From positions 30,802 through 94,801 of the forward strand of contig JAQBTR010000002.1 in assembly GCA_027624915.1 (NCBI GenBank): DNA of 64,000 nucleotides. Direction: 5' to 3'. This stretch comes from a bacterium (GTDB taxonomy: Bacteria; Patescibacteriota; Minisyncoccia; Ryanbacterales; GWA2-47-10b). Below are positions 36,053-45,848 of this stretch, piece by piece (positions within the stretch are counted from its first letter, which is position 1; each line of letters starts with the position of its first letter). Made by a program: the position numbers and the translations under genes. The notes beneath the pieces were generated by a model that was given only the letters and a program-made list of their open reading frames with translations, was not told the origin of the DNA and did not search any database.

Positions 36053-37648
36053 ATGAAAAAAAATCTACTAACAATTTTACTTTTAATGTTTTTGACAACA
36101 GCTGGTGTTGTTTTTGCTCATGAATCAGATATAACGGATACCGTTGTTATTCATATGAGCAATGATGGTTTTAATCCAAAAGAGGTGATTATACAACGCG
36201 GAGAGAAGGTTGTTTTTGAAAATGTGGGAGAAGATGAACACTGGCCAGCTTCTAATATTCACCCAACGCATCGTGCCTATCCAAAATCTGACATTAGCGA
36301 TTGTGGTACAACAAATGAGCGATTTATGTTTGATGCATGTAAACCAATAAAACCAAATCAGACATACACATTTCAATTTGATGAACTTGGTGAATGGAGA
36401 TTTCATGACCATCTTAATGCGACCTTCAGCGGTCAAATACATGTAGTAGAAAATGGTGGAGCGCAAGAAGAAAAAGTGGAAGAAAAGAAGCCAGGAATTT
36501 TAAGACGTTTTTGGAACTGGTTAAAAGGTATTTTTAGTCGTAATGAAGTTGTTGATGATATACGAGAAGACATCATAGATAGGGAAGATGAAGATTCGGC
36601 ACTTTTAGATATAGAATATGAAGAAAAGAAATGGGTGTATAATCCCAACGTTGAAGTAGACTCAACTCTGATAGCAACAGATAAGGACGAACTGTTTTCA
36701 TATGTAAAAAAATACAGCCCCTCAAGGGCTCTTGAGCAGTTGTTTTCAATTGAAAGTCAGTTCGGCAACTGTCATGATAATGCTCACTATGTAGGAAGAT
36801 TTTCTTATGAGCTTTATGATTCTGAAGCATTCAGGCAGTGTGCAATGTTATGTCAGTCTGGTTGTTATCACGGTGCGGTAGAAGCATATTTTCGTGAGCA
36901 TGGGACATCAAATCTTGCGGACAACATAAATAAACTTTGTTCTGGTAATACAAATCCATTTATTGTTCATCAATGTCGTCATGGCGTGGGGCATGGATTA
37001 TTGGCATGGTCAGACTATGCATTATTTGATGCACTAGAGGATTGCAATCTTTTGCAGCAGGGAGAGGCACAGACCTCGTGCTATAGTGGTGTGTTTATGG
37101 AAAATATTGTACAAAGTATGGCATCCTTCTTAGAAATTGAAGGACACACAACACAATACTTAAGTGATGATCCTCACTACCCATGTAATATTGTTGATGC
37201 TCAATACAAGCCCACATGTTATTTCTTACAGACCGATCGCATGGTTGAGTTGTCCGGTGGAAATTTTGCTACAGTTGCTCAAAATTGTTCTGAGGTTGAG
37301 GATGTCTTTTCTCGTCGAATGTGTTTTGAAAGTATGGGACGAACTGTTGGGGGAAGAAATAGAAATAATCCACCAGGGGCTATTAGTACTTGTTACAATG
37401 CTAACCCCGGAACAGATAGACTCGGTTGTTTGATGGGGGCGGTACAGGATACATTCTGGGATCCATCAGGGCAAGACAATGCAATTAGTTTTTGCAAATT
37501 ACTTACACCAGAAGATGAGAAGGACACTTGCTATGGAATGATTTTTGGACGAGCGCCACAGGTTCTTACCAAAGAGGCTGACCACAGAGCTTTTTGTCAA
37601 AAAGCAGAAACTACCTACCAGGGTCGTTGTCTGGCATATATTAGATAA
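36053..37648 (+). CDS. Secreted cupredoxin-domain protein with Cys/His-rich repeats (paralog)
   Basis: HWPASNIHPTH, FHDHL, CYHG, CRHGVGHG and CYSGVFMEN; ATG 36053. Confidence 0.78.
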   Translation: MKKNLLTILLLMFLTTAGVVFAHESDITDTVVIHMSNDGFNPKEVIIQRGEKVVFENVGEDEHWPASNIHPTHRAYPKSDISDCGTTNERFMFDACKPIKPNQTYTFQFDELGEWRFHDHLNATFSGQIHVVENGGAQEEKVEEKKPGILRRFWNWLKGIFSRNEVVDDIREDIIDREDEDSALLDIEYEEKKWVYNPNVEVDSTLIATDKDELFSYVKKYSPSRALEQLFSIESQFGNCHDNAHYVGRFSYELYDSEAFRQCAMLCQSGCYHGAVEAYFREHGTSNLADNINKLCSGNTNPFIVHQCRHGVGHGLLAWSDYALFDALEDCNLLQQGEAQTSCYSGVFMENIVQSMASFLEIEGHTTQYLSDDPHYPCNIVDAQYKPTCYFLQTDRMVELSGGNFATVAQNCSEVEDVFSRRMCFESMGRTVGGRNRNNPPGAISTCYNANPGTDRLGCLMGAVQDTFWDPSGQDNAISFCKLLTPEDEKDTCYGMIFGRAPQVLTKEADHRAFCQKAETTYQGRCLAYIR

Positions 37649-37649
37649 C

Positions 37650-38561
37650 ATGGAAATAACTCCTTATACGATAAACATGCGTCAGCTCATTGAAGACGCT
37701 ATACAAAACTTTGGTTACGCACCAGAACATAATGTGTACTGGTTTGAAAATGGTGCAGAGGACGAACAAAAGCCATACTTCGTTACATTTGATGATGGCG
37801 ACGGCATGTTCGCATATAAAGAAGATAATATTTGGTATACGCTATCAGATCCAATTGCCCCCAAAAAAGATTGTGCGAAAAGAATAAATGAGTTTGCAAG
37901 AAAAGTATTTGCTGATGCATCGATCGATAAAATTGTTGTTGAATATAATACTGAGATACGTAAGGAGCTTAGTACACTTTTGGCGCCAGAATATAAAGTA
38001 AAAGCAATTAATTACACATTAGTATGGCCAGTTACTGATATGTCGAAGTTCGACCCCGAACTACCCGGTAAAAAATGGAAGAGCATACGAAATGCAAGAA
38101 ACAGGTTTTATCGTGAACATGATGTTATCGTAAAAGATATAAAAGACGTTTCAAAAGATAATTTACATTCTGTAATTAATCGTTGGGAAGATGGCCGTGG
38201 ACAAGCAGACGGAAGTAGGGGGGACATCACATATTCTGATTCATTTCATTCGATGGTGGATTCTGGATTTCCGGGATGCGATGGCGCTCGAGCAATGTTT
38301 GTAGATGGGGCTGTTGTTGGATTTAATGCTGGATGGGTTATACCCAATTCAGAAACATATTATGGCGCTATAGGGCTCCATGATTATTCAGTTCAAGATT
38401 TGGGACAAATGCTGTATCTAGAAGATCTTGTGTGGATAAAAAAATGTGGATATCCAAAAACTGATATGGCCGGAGGTGAAAAGGAGCTTACAAGTTTTAA
38501 AAATCATTTTCATCCAGATTATTGGTACAAGACGCATGCATTTTCAATAGCACGCGCGTGA
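37650..38561 (+). CDS. DUF2156 / MprF-C-terminal-like GNAT-fold protein
   Basis: L.GKKWKSIRNARNRF, D..GG.K.L..FK..F.P motifs; ATG 37650. Confidence 0.7.
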   Translation: MEITPYTINMRQLIEDAIQNFGYAPEHNVYWFENGAEDEQKPYFVTFDDGDGMFAYKEDNIWYTLSDPIAPKKDCAKRINEFARKVFADASIDKIVVEYNTEIRKELSTLLAPEYKVKAINYTLVWPVTDMSKFDPELPGKKWKSIRNARNRFYREHDVIVKDIKDVSKDNLHSVINRWEDGRGQADGSRGDITYSDSFHSMVDSGFPGCDGARAMFVDGAVVGFNAGWVIPNSETYYGAIGLHDYSVQDLGQMLYLEDLVWIKKCGYPKTDMAGGEKELTSFKNHFHPDYWYKTHAFSIARA

Positions 38562-39463
38562 TGATCACTCTTCAGCCCTATACAAAAGACACAAGATCTA
38601 TTGTACTCGATACAATACAAAAGTATGGATTTTCTCCTGAACATAATATTTTTGATTTTGAGAATGTAATAGATGATTATTCCGAAGCCTTTATTGGAGT
38701 CATTGATGATGAGTATATTGTTTTAACACAAGAAGACGATGAAAAAACATGGTGGGTATTTGCAGATCCCCTAGCCCCCCCAAAAAAACGTGGAATGGCT
38801 ATCGCACAATTCTTGGAGTATGTATTTTCTAAAGAAGATGCCAAGAGAGTAACGTGCGAACTCTTTTCTGCTACAAAAGATGAGTTATTAGACCACTTGC
38901 CTAAATACTTGGATATTGAGCCGCAAGAGAACACTCTTATAGGGCCAATCTTTGAACTCGAGCAATTTGATGAAAGTCTTGGTGGTCACCAATTAAAAAA
39001 AATTCGGAGTGTTGTCCGACAGTTTAATGAAAATGTTAAGATTGAGGCGCGTCCAGCACAGAATTCACCGCATGAGGATGCTATGGGTGTCATACACCGG
39101 TGGATCCATAACCGCACCTTTAAGGATGAGGTGTTTATCGAATACTATCAGAGATTTGTTGAGAGTAACTTTGAAGGAGCCGAAGAAACACGGGTGCTCT
39201 ATGTTAATAATAAACCCGTCGCACTGAATGGTGGTTGGCGTGTGCCAAATTCGGAGACATTTTATAATGCACTTTCACTCCATGATTATTCCTTAAGGGG
39301 TCTTGGTGAGATAATAATGGTTGAAGCACTCTCGTACTTAAAAAATAAAGGATATACGTATGCAGATTTTGGTGTTGGAGAAAAAAATCTAACCTCATTT
39401 AAACAAAAATTTTGTAAAAATAAACTTCAGACGGCATATGAGTTTTCAGTAGTAAAAAAATAA
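38561..39463 (+). CDS. DUF2156 / MprF-C-terminal-like GNAT-fold protein (paralog)
   Basis: Shares G..PEHN, DP.AP.K, GW..PNSET.Y, LHDYS...LG and LTSFK with upstream gene; TGATG overlap. Confidence 0.7.
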   Translation: MITLQPYTKDTRSIVLDTIQKYGFSPEHNIFDFENVIDDYSEAFIGVIDDEYIVLTQEDDEKTWWVFADPLAPPKKRGMAIAQFLEYVFSKEDAKRVTCELFSATKDELLDHLPKYLDIEPQENTLIGPIFELEQFDESLGGHQLKKIRSVVRQFNENVKIEARPAQNSPHEDAMGVIHRWIHNRTFKDEVFIEYYQRFVESNFEGAEETRVLYVNNKPVALNGGWRVPNSETFYNALSLHDYSLRGLGEIIMVEALSYLKNKGYTYADFGVGEKNLTSFKQKFCKNKLQTAYEFSVVKK

Positions 39464-39484
39464 TAAAAACAATATAATAAAAAA

Positions 39485-40792
39485 GTGGAGTCAAAAAACA
39501 GTAATGGTAGGAAAAAAATAAAAAAATTTCTTTTTGTTTCATCTTGGGGCATGATTGGTGACCTTGCTTGGCACATTCAAAGGGAGGGAGCTGAAGTTAG
39601 GTTTTATTTGGATTGTGAAGATGATGTTCTTGATGGTTTTTTGGATAAAGTTGAAGACTGGAAAGATCATAAGGATTGGGCCGACATTATCATTTTTGAT
39701 GAGGTTGGCTATGGATACGGTAAGATTGCCGATGCCTTACGAAAAGAAGGTAAGTTTGTCATTGGTGGAAGTGCATACACAGACAAACTAGAAGAAGACA
39801 GAGAATTTGGCCAAGCTGAAATGGAGTCGGTTGGGATGACGATTTTACCCCACTGGAACTTTAGTGATTTTGATGAGGCAATAAAATTTATACAAGAGAA
39901 TCCGGGACGTTATGTCTTTAAGCCATCTGGAGATATTTCTGGTAATGAAAAAGGGATTCTGTTCATTGGAGAGGAGGAAGATGGTAACGACATTATTGAA
40001 GTCCTCGAACATAACAAAAAAAGTTGGTCCAAGAAAATAAAAAACTTTGTGCTTCAAAAGTTTGCATCGGGCGTAGAAATTGCAGTTGGAGCCTTCTTTA
40101 ATGGAAATGATTTTGTGTATCCTGTAAATGTAAATTTTGAGCATAAGAAGTTGTTCCCTGGTGATATTGGTCCATATACCGGAGAGATGGGAACGCTTAT
40201 GTTTTGGTCAGAACCTAATAATCTTTTTAAGATGACGCTCGAAAAGATGCGCGAGAAATTAAAAGAATCGGGCTATGTTGGATATATAGATATAAACTGT
40301 ATAGCAAACTCGCGCGGTATTTACCCACTTGAATTCACGGCGCGTTTTGGCTATCCGACAATCAATATACAGATGGAGGGCGTCACTAGTTTGTGGTCAG
40401 AGTTTTTTTATTCACTATCACGTGGGGAGGGGTTTGACCTTAAAACAAAGCATGGATTCCAAGTTGGCGTAGTTGTTGCGGTTCCTCCATTCCCATACCA
40501 CGCTAAAGCAGAAGTAGAGATGTATAAGGACTTTTCTATTTTATTTAAACGACCTAATCTTGAGGGGATACACTTGGGGGAGGTAAAACTTGTTGATGGT
40601 GATTGGCATTTGGCAGGGACTACCGGGTACACGCTTATCGTGACAGGAGCTAACAGTACTGTTGAGGAGGCTCGTGAGCAGGCATACAAACGAGTACGCA
40701 ATATCATGCTGCAAAATATGTTCTATCGGACAGATATAGGGGAGAAGTGGTACCACGAGAGTGACCATTTGCAAACCTGGGGTATTCTTTGA
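39485..40792 (+). CDS. PurD-like ATP-grasp ligase (archaeal-type phosphoribosylamine-glycine ligase family)
   Basis: LEEDREFG, FKP.G, EHKKLFPGDIGP.TGEMG, EFTARFG.P and YRTDIG. Confidence 0.8.
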   Translation: MESKNSNGRKKIKKFLFVSSWGMIGDLAWHIQREGAEVRFYLDCEDDVLDGFLDKVEDWKDHKDWADIIIFDEVGYGYGKIADALRKEGKFVIGGSAYTDKLEEDREFGQAEMESVGMTILPHWNFSDFDEAIKFIQENPGRYVFKPSGDISGNEKGILFIGEEEDGNDIIEVLEHNKKSWSKKIKNFVLQKFASGVEIAVGAFFNGNDFVYPVNVNFEHKKLFPGDIGPYTGEMGTLMFWSEPNNLFKMTLEKMREKLKESGYVGYIDINCIANSRGIYPLEFTARFGYPTINIQMEGVTSLWSEFFYSLSRGEGFDLKTKHGFQVGVVVAVPPFPYHAKAEVEMYKDFSILFKRPNLEGIHLGEVKLVDGDWHLAGTTGYTLIVTGANSTVEEAREQAYKRVRNIMLQNMFYRTDIGEKWYHESDHLQTWGIL

Positions 40793-40793
40793 G

Positions 40794-41822
40794 ATGATGC
40801 CTACTATGCCACGCATAAACACAAAATATATATCTTCTCCAAGGCAGCAAATATTACTAGGAATCGTCTTAGTTCTGTTTTTTGTATTCGGTTTTGGTTT
40901 CGGTATTATTTTTCCACCACACCCAACAAGCACCATGCCGCTTATAATAAAACGCGGGACAAGCGCTGAATCTATTTCAAATCAATTGAAGGTAGAAAAT
41001 ATAATACGCTCTAGATTTTTGTTCGTGTGGGCTACTTATCTGGGCGGAATCCATGATGAGTTAGCAGCGGGCCGTTTTCTATTTGATGAATCTATATCTA
41101 CCTTTGGTGTTTTGAGGAGACTCACGCAACCTCAGGAAGAGCTCTCTGTTTTTATCCCAGAAGGTTCAACCATACGAGAGATAGAAATAATTCTAAGACA
41201 AAATAATATACCATCGGCAGAGTTTTTAGATTCACGCAGATATCCAAATGTATACAAAGAATTTCACCCGTTCCTAGAAGTTATTCCGGAAGGTCAAGAT
41301 CTTGAAGGATTTTTGTTTCCCGATACGTATAGATTCTATGAGTACTCTTCTCCCGAAGAAATAGTAGATACAATGCTTGATAATTTTGAGCTCAAGCTCA
41401 AACCATTTGTTAGTGATATCGATGCAAGTCCACACTCGTTGTATGAGATAATCACAATGGCATCAATCTTAGAAAAAGAAGTACCCTCGGCCGATGAAAA
41501 GGCTATTGTGTCAGGAATTATGTGGAAGAGAATAAGAGAGGGGATGCCACTTCAAGTAGATGCGACACTTTTTTATGAGTTAGGAAAAACAAGTAGGGAG
41601 CTTACCCAAAGTGATTTGAAAAATGAGACTCCATACAATACATATACCTATCAAGGTCTTCCACCAGGTCCAATTTCAAACCCAGGAGCAGAATCTATAG
41701 AGGCCACACTTAATCCAAAAGAGACCCCTTTCTATTTCTATCTTTCCGATAGGGATGGCAATACATATTTTTCACGAAACTTTGAAGAACACAAAGAGAA
41801 GAAATTTAAATACTTGCGCTAG
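40794..41822 (+). CDS. mltG: Endolytic transglycosylase MltG
   Basis: TM anchor, IPEG, LEGFLFPDTY, ASILEKE, LQVDAT and YNTY...GLPPGPISNPG. Confidence 0.92.
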   Translation: MMPTMPRINTKYISSPRQQILLGIVLVLFFVFGFGFGIIFPPHPTSTMPLIIKRGTSAESISNQLKVENIIRSRFLFVWATYLGGIHDELAAGRFLFDESISTFGVLRRLTQPQEELSVFIPEGSTIREIEIILRQNNIPSAEFLDSRRYPNVYKEFHPFLEVIPEGQDLEGFLFPDTYRFYEYSSPEEIVDTMLDNFELKLKPFVSDIDASPHSLYEIITMASILEKEVPSADEKAIVSGIMWKRIREGMPLQVDATLFYELGKTSRELTQSDLKNETPYNTYTYQGLPPGPISNPGAESIEATLNPKETPFYFYLSDRDGNTYFSRNFEEHKEKKFKYLR

Positions 41823-41855
41823 TCACAGAACTTTTTTTGTGGTATAACTTTTGTC

Positions 41856-42881
41856 ATGTCACAAAAGAAAGTTTTTGTTGCTATGTCAGGTGGAGTGGAT
41901 AGCTCAGTATCAGCAGCCCTCCTAAAACAAGCCGGATATGACGTATACGGTGTATTTATGCAGGGTTGGGCCAACCCTAATTTTGATTGTGAGTGGAAAG
42001 AAGAAAGGCGAGATGCAGCTCGTGTTGCGGGCGTTCTTGATATACCATTTAAGGTTTTAGATTTTTCCAGAGATTATTATGAACATGTTGTTTCGTATTT
42101 GATCAGCGAGTACAAAGCTGGACGTACACCCAATCCAGATATTATGTGCAACAAAGAAATTAAGTTTGGCCTTTTTTATAGGTGGGTCATGGCTGAGGGT
42201 GCAGATTTTGTAGCCACAGGCCACTATATACAAAAAGAAGGTGACCATGTATTTGCAGGGGCCGACAGAGGAAAAGACCAGACGTATTTTTTGTGGACAC
42301 TTACAAAAGATATTATTGAACATTCGCTTTTTCCAATAGGGAGTTATCAAAAGTCTGAGGTAAGAATTCTTGCAGAAAAATTTAAATTGCCAGTTGCTGA
42401 CAAAAAAGATTCGCAAGGGGTTTGCTTCGTTGGAGAGGGTAGTATGGTTAATTTTTTGAAGGAGAATATTAAAGCAACAGCTGGAGATATAAAAACCATT
42501 GACGGCAATGTAATTGGTCATCATGAGGGAGTTGAGCTTTTTACCATAGGACAACGTCACGGCATTGGCACTCCTGGTGGCGGAGGTGTGTATTATGTCG
42601 CCGATAAAGATTTAAAAACTGGTGTTTTGACTGTTGCTCGCGGAGATGAAGATCCAATACTACAAAAAAGTAAAATCATGTACACAAATCCTAATTGGAT
42701 TCATGGGGTTTCTTTGCCGCTCGCATGCATGGCACGAATAAGATATAGACAAACTCTTTCATCCTGCACTGTATACGAAAATACTGTTGTGTTTGATGAG
42801 CCACAGAAAGCTGTCGCTCCAGGACAATCCATTGTTTTTTACAAAGATGACGAGATGCTTGGGGGCGCGATCATCAATTAA
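41856..42881 (+). CDS. mnmA: tRNA 2-thiouridylase
   Basis: AMSGGVDSS, TPNPD..CN, ATGHY, KDQTYFL and APGQ. Confidence 0.95.
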   Translation: MSQKKVFVAMSGGVDSSVSAALLKQAGYDVYGVFMQGWANPNFDCEWKEERRDAARVAGVLDIPFKVLDFSRDYYEHVVSYLISEYKAGRTPNPDIMCNKEIKFGLFYRWVMAEGADFVATGHYIQKEGDHVFAGADRGKDQTYFLWTLTKDIIEHSLFPIGSYQKSEVRILAEKFKLPVADKKDSQGVCFVGEGSMVNFLKENIKATAGDIKTIDGNVIGHHEGVELFTIGQRHGIGTPGGGGVYYVADKDLKTGVLTVARGDEDPILQKSKIMYTNPNWIHGVSLPLACMARIRYRQTLSSCTVYENTVVFDEPQKAVAPGQSIVFYKDDEMLGGAIIN

Positions 42882-42923
42882 AAAGCAGTTCTCAGTAATC
42901 ATCTTGTGTGATAAACTGCTCGC

Positions 42924-44687
42924 ATGACAGCACGCGAGATACGTACAAAATTTCTAGAATATTTTGAGAAAAACGGACACACCGTTGTGCCCTCAAGCTC
43001 TCTTTTGCCAGACGATCCGTCTGTTTTGTTGACGACAGCTGGCATGCAGCAATTTAAGTCGTATTATACACGTAGCGCCGACCCAATGCGTGATTTTAAA
43101 TCACTATCTACAGCATCTGCACAAAAATCCTTTCGTACATCTGATATTGACGAAGTTGGAGATGATACACATCTTACATTCTTTGAAATGTTGGGTAACT
43201 TTTCGTTTGGCGGATACTTCAAAAAAGAAGCGATTACTTTTGCACATGAGTTTATTACAAAAGAGCTCGGACTAGATATTTCGTACGTTACTATATTTGA
43301 GGGGTCTCGTACTGTGCCAAAAGATGAAGAATCACGAGAAATTTGGAAATCACTCGGTGTTTCAGATATACGCGAAGAAGGCATGGATGACGTTTTTTGG
43401 GGCCCTACGGGTAGTTCTGGACCCTGTGGACCCACAACAGAACTGTACTGTAAGAATGCAACGGGTGAAGACGTAGAGATTTGGAACATTGTATTTAATG
43501 AATTCTTTTATCCTGGTAGCCGCGAGGAATTACTTGGAGGCTCAACCTCCAAGTCTCTTGAGCCTCTGGAGTATCCGGGGGTTGATACAGGTATGGGACT
43601 CGAGCGACTAGCGATGGTTAGTCAACAGACAAAAAATATTTTTGAAATAGACTCGTTCCAGACACTTTTTAACTTACTCCCAGACGAGCTTGATGTGCGA
43701 ACAAAGCGCATAATTTCTGATCATTTGCGAGGAGGTGTATTTCTCTTGGCTGATGGTGTGCGACCATCGAATAAAGAGGCGGGCTACATATTACGTAGGT
43801 TGTTGCGTCGCGCGCTGGCATACGAAGAAATTAATAATTTAGAAGCGAGTCTTTTTGAGTCGATGCTATTGCAGGTTATTAATACAGAAGGTGAGTTTTA
43901 TACTGAATTAAAAAGTAATAAAAATGAAATAATAAATGAATACTGGTCCGAACGAGAGAGGTTTACCAAAACTCTGAAGCGCGGGCTCGGCGAGCTTAAT
44001 AAGCTCGAAAGTATTGATGCTGTCGGTGCTTTTCGTCTATACGAATCATTTGGGCTTCCTTTCGAAATCATCAAAGAAATTGGTGGAGAGGGCGCGCACG
44101 GACTATCACGAGAGCTTTTTGATAAAGAATTTGAAAAACACCAGAAGAAGTCTCGTGCAGGTGCCGAAAAGAAGTTTGGTGGTCATGGCCTCATTCTTAA
44201 TACTGGAGAGCTAAAAGCAAAAGACACCGAAGAATTAAAAAAAGTAACACGCTTGCATTCGGCTACACATCTTATGCAAGCTGCTTTGAGAAAAGTTCTT
44301 GGTGATAGCGTAGAACAACGAGGCTCTGATATAACTGTAGAGCGTACGAGATTTGATTTGAGTTTTGATAGAAAAATTACAAAAGAAGAGTTGCGGAGGG
44401 TTGAAGATATTGTAAATGATGTAGTTGAAAGAGATCTAACGGTCACAGAAGAAGAATTGTCCTTCGAAGAGGCTATACGTAGAGGTGCTTTGCATTTTTT
44501 CAAGGAAAAGTACCCAGAGCACGTAAGGGTATATTCTTTTATGGACAAGGATGGAAAACCATTTTCCATGGAGCTGTGTGGTGGACCTCACGTTACCCAC
44601 ACCCAAGAAATCGGGAAATTCCGTATAATAAAAGAAGAGGCGTCATCGGCCGGTGTACGTCGCGTGAGAGGTACGGTAGAACCATAA
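42924..44687 (+). CDS. alaS: Alanine-tRNA ligase (short, lacks C-Ala domain)
   Basis: TAGMQQFK, FFEMLGNFSFG.YFK, DTGMGLER, HSATHL and ELCGGPH; ends right after the editing domain. Confidence 0.95.
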   Translation: MTAREIRTKFLEYFEKNGHTVVPSSSLLPDDPSVLLTTAGMQQFKSYYTRSADPMRDFKSLSTASAQKSFRTSDIDEVGDDTHLTFFEMLGNFSFGGYFKKEAITFAHEFITKELGLDISYVTIFEGSRTVPKDEESREIWKSLGVSDIREEGMDDVFWGPTGSSGPCGPTTELYCKNATGEDVEIWNIVFNEFFYPGSREELLGGSTSKSLEPLEYPGVDTGMGLERLAMVSQQTKNIFEIDSFQTLFNLLPDELDVRTKRIISDHLRGGVFLLADGVRPSNKEAGYILRRLLRRALAYEEINNLEASLFESMLLQVINTEGEFYTELKSNKNEIINEYWSERERFTKTLKRGLGELNKLESIDAVGAFRLYESFGLPFEIIKEIGGEGAHGLSRELFDKEFEKHQKKSRAGAEKKFGGHGLILNTGELKAKDTEELKKVTRLHSATHLMQAALRKVLGDSVEQRGSDITVERTRFDLSFDRKITKEELRRVEDIVNDVVERDLTVTEEELSFEEAIRRGALHFFKEKYPEHVRVYSFMDKDGKPFSMELCGGPHVTHTQEIGKFRIIKEEASSAGVRRVRGTVEP

Positions 44688-44693
44688 GTATTA

Positions 44694-45848
44694 ATGTTTT
44701 TTAACCAAGCCCCAAAAGAAAAACTAGGCGTAGCTTTTGATATTGGTACGGCATCAGTCAGTGCTGTAGTTTTTGAGGTTAGTGCTGGTGGACGGCCAAA
44801 CATCTTAAAGATATTTAGGCGCTTCCACAAAATTTCAACTACAAGAGAGTCGGGACACTTTAGTAGAGCCACCCTTTCTCATATAAGTGATACTTTAGAA
44901 GATATTCGTAAATTAACAGTTGAACTAAAAAAGCCAACACCAGAAACATTTACGATTGGTCTCTCGGCAATTTTTTATTTAGGAAAAACAATACGTTTAA
45001 AAGAATCGTATAAGAGTCAAAAAAATCTTTCAGAAAAAGATGTAAATGGATTCCTAGATAGGGCCAAGGAAAAATTTTTGAAGGACCTTGGCAGAGATGA
45101 TGTTGTTGTTTTTGAGTCTTTGATTATGAAGGCGCTTCTAAATGGATATCCGGTTGAGCGTCCGATTGGCAAGGGAACTACTGAATTAGATTTATCTGTG
45201 CATTTGGCAGCGACCTCCAAAGAGTTTTATGACAAAGTCACAGAGATTATTAATACATTTCATAGAGGTGCCAAAATTAGATTATCCACGTTTCCAGTTG
45301 TATCGTGGTCACTAATGCGCGAACTCATAACTCCTGAGCACCAAGCTCTTCTTGTAGATATAGGGGGGGAGGTCACAGAGGTCACATTTCTAGCAGATGG
45401 CGTAATGACCGAGGTACTGACTCTTCCATTTGGTGTGTATAACATTTTGCTTCGCATCGCCGAATCTGAGAAAACAGATCCAGAGAATGCCCTTTCTCTT
45501 CTTATTCAATACACCTCCGGTAAGCTTTCTAAGGCTGCACAGGCTCGAATTCAAATAATTATTAAAAAAGAGATGAAAAACTGGGAACAAATTTTTGAAC
45601 GCGTGTGGCAAAGAGCAAGTCGTGATATCATGAGTAACATCAAGGTCTTTTTCCTTGGAGGCGGCGCACTTATCGAAGATATGAAAAATTCGGTTGTTCC
45701 ACCACTACTTCATCCAGAAATTGCTCGCGGCTTACACGCCGTTACTATTGCACCGGCGGCATTTCAGGATAAATTTGGTGCCTATAGCGGTCTCGAAGGT
45801 CCAGGAGATTTTGGCTTAGTAGCTTTAGTATTAAGTTCTCAGATATGA
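44694..45848 (+). CDS. FtsA/PilM-like actin-fold ATPase
   Basis: FDIGTASV, VDIGGEVTEV and LGGGA motifs. Confidence 0.7.
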   Translation: MFFNQAPKEKLGVAFDIGTASVSAVVFEVSAGGRPNILKIFRRFHKISTTRESGHFSRATLSHISDTLEDIRKLTVELKKPTPETFTIGLSAIFYLGKTIRLKESYKSQKNLSEKDVNGFLDRAKEKFLKDLGRDDVVVFESLIMKALLNGYPVERPIGKGTTELDLSVHLAATSKEFYDKVTEIINTFHRGAKIRLSTFPVVSWSLMRELITPEHQALLVDIGGEVTEVTFLADGVMTEVLTLPFGVYNILLRIAESEKTDPENALSLLIQYTSGKLSKAAQARIQIIIKKEMKNWEQIFERVWQRASRDIMSNIKVFFLGGGALIEDMKNSVVPPLLHPEIARGLHAVTIAPAAFQDKFGAYSGLEGPGDFGLVALVLSSQI

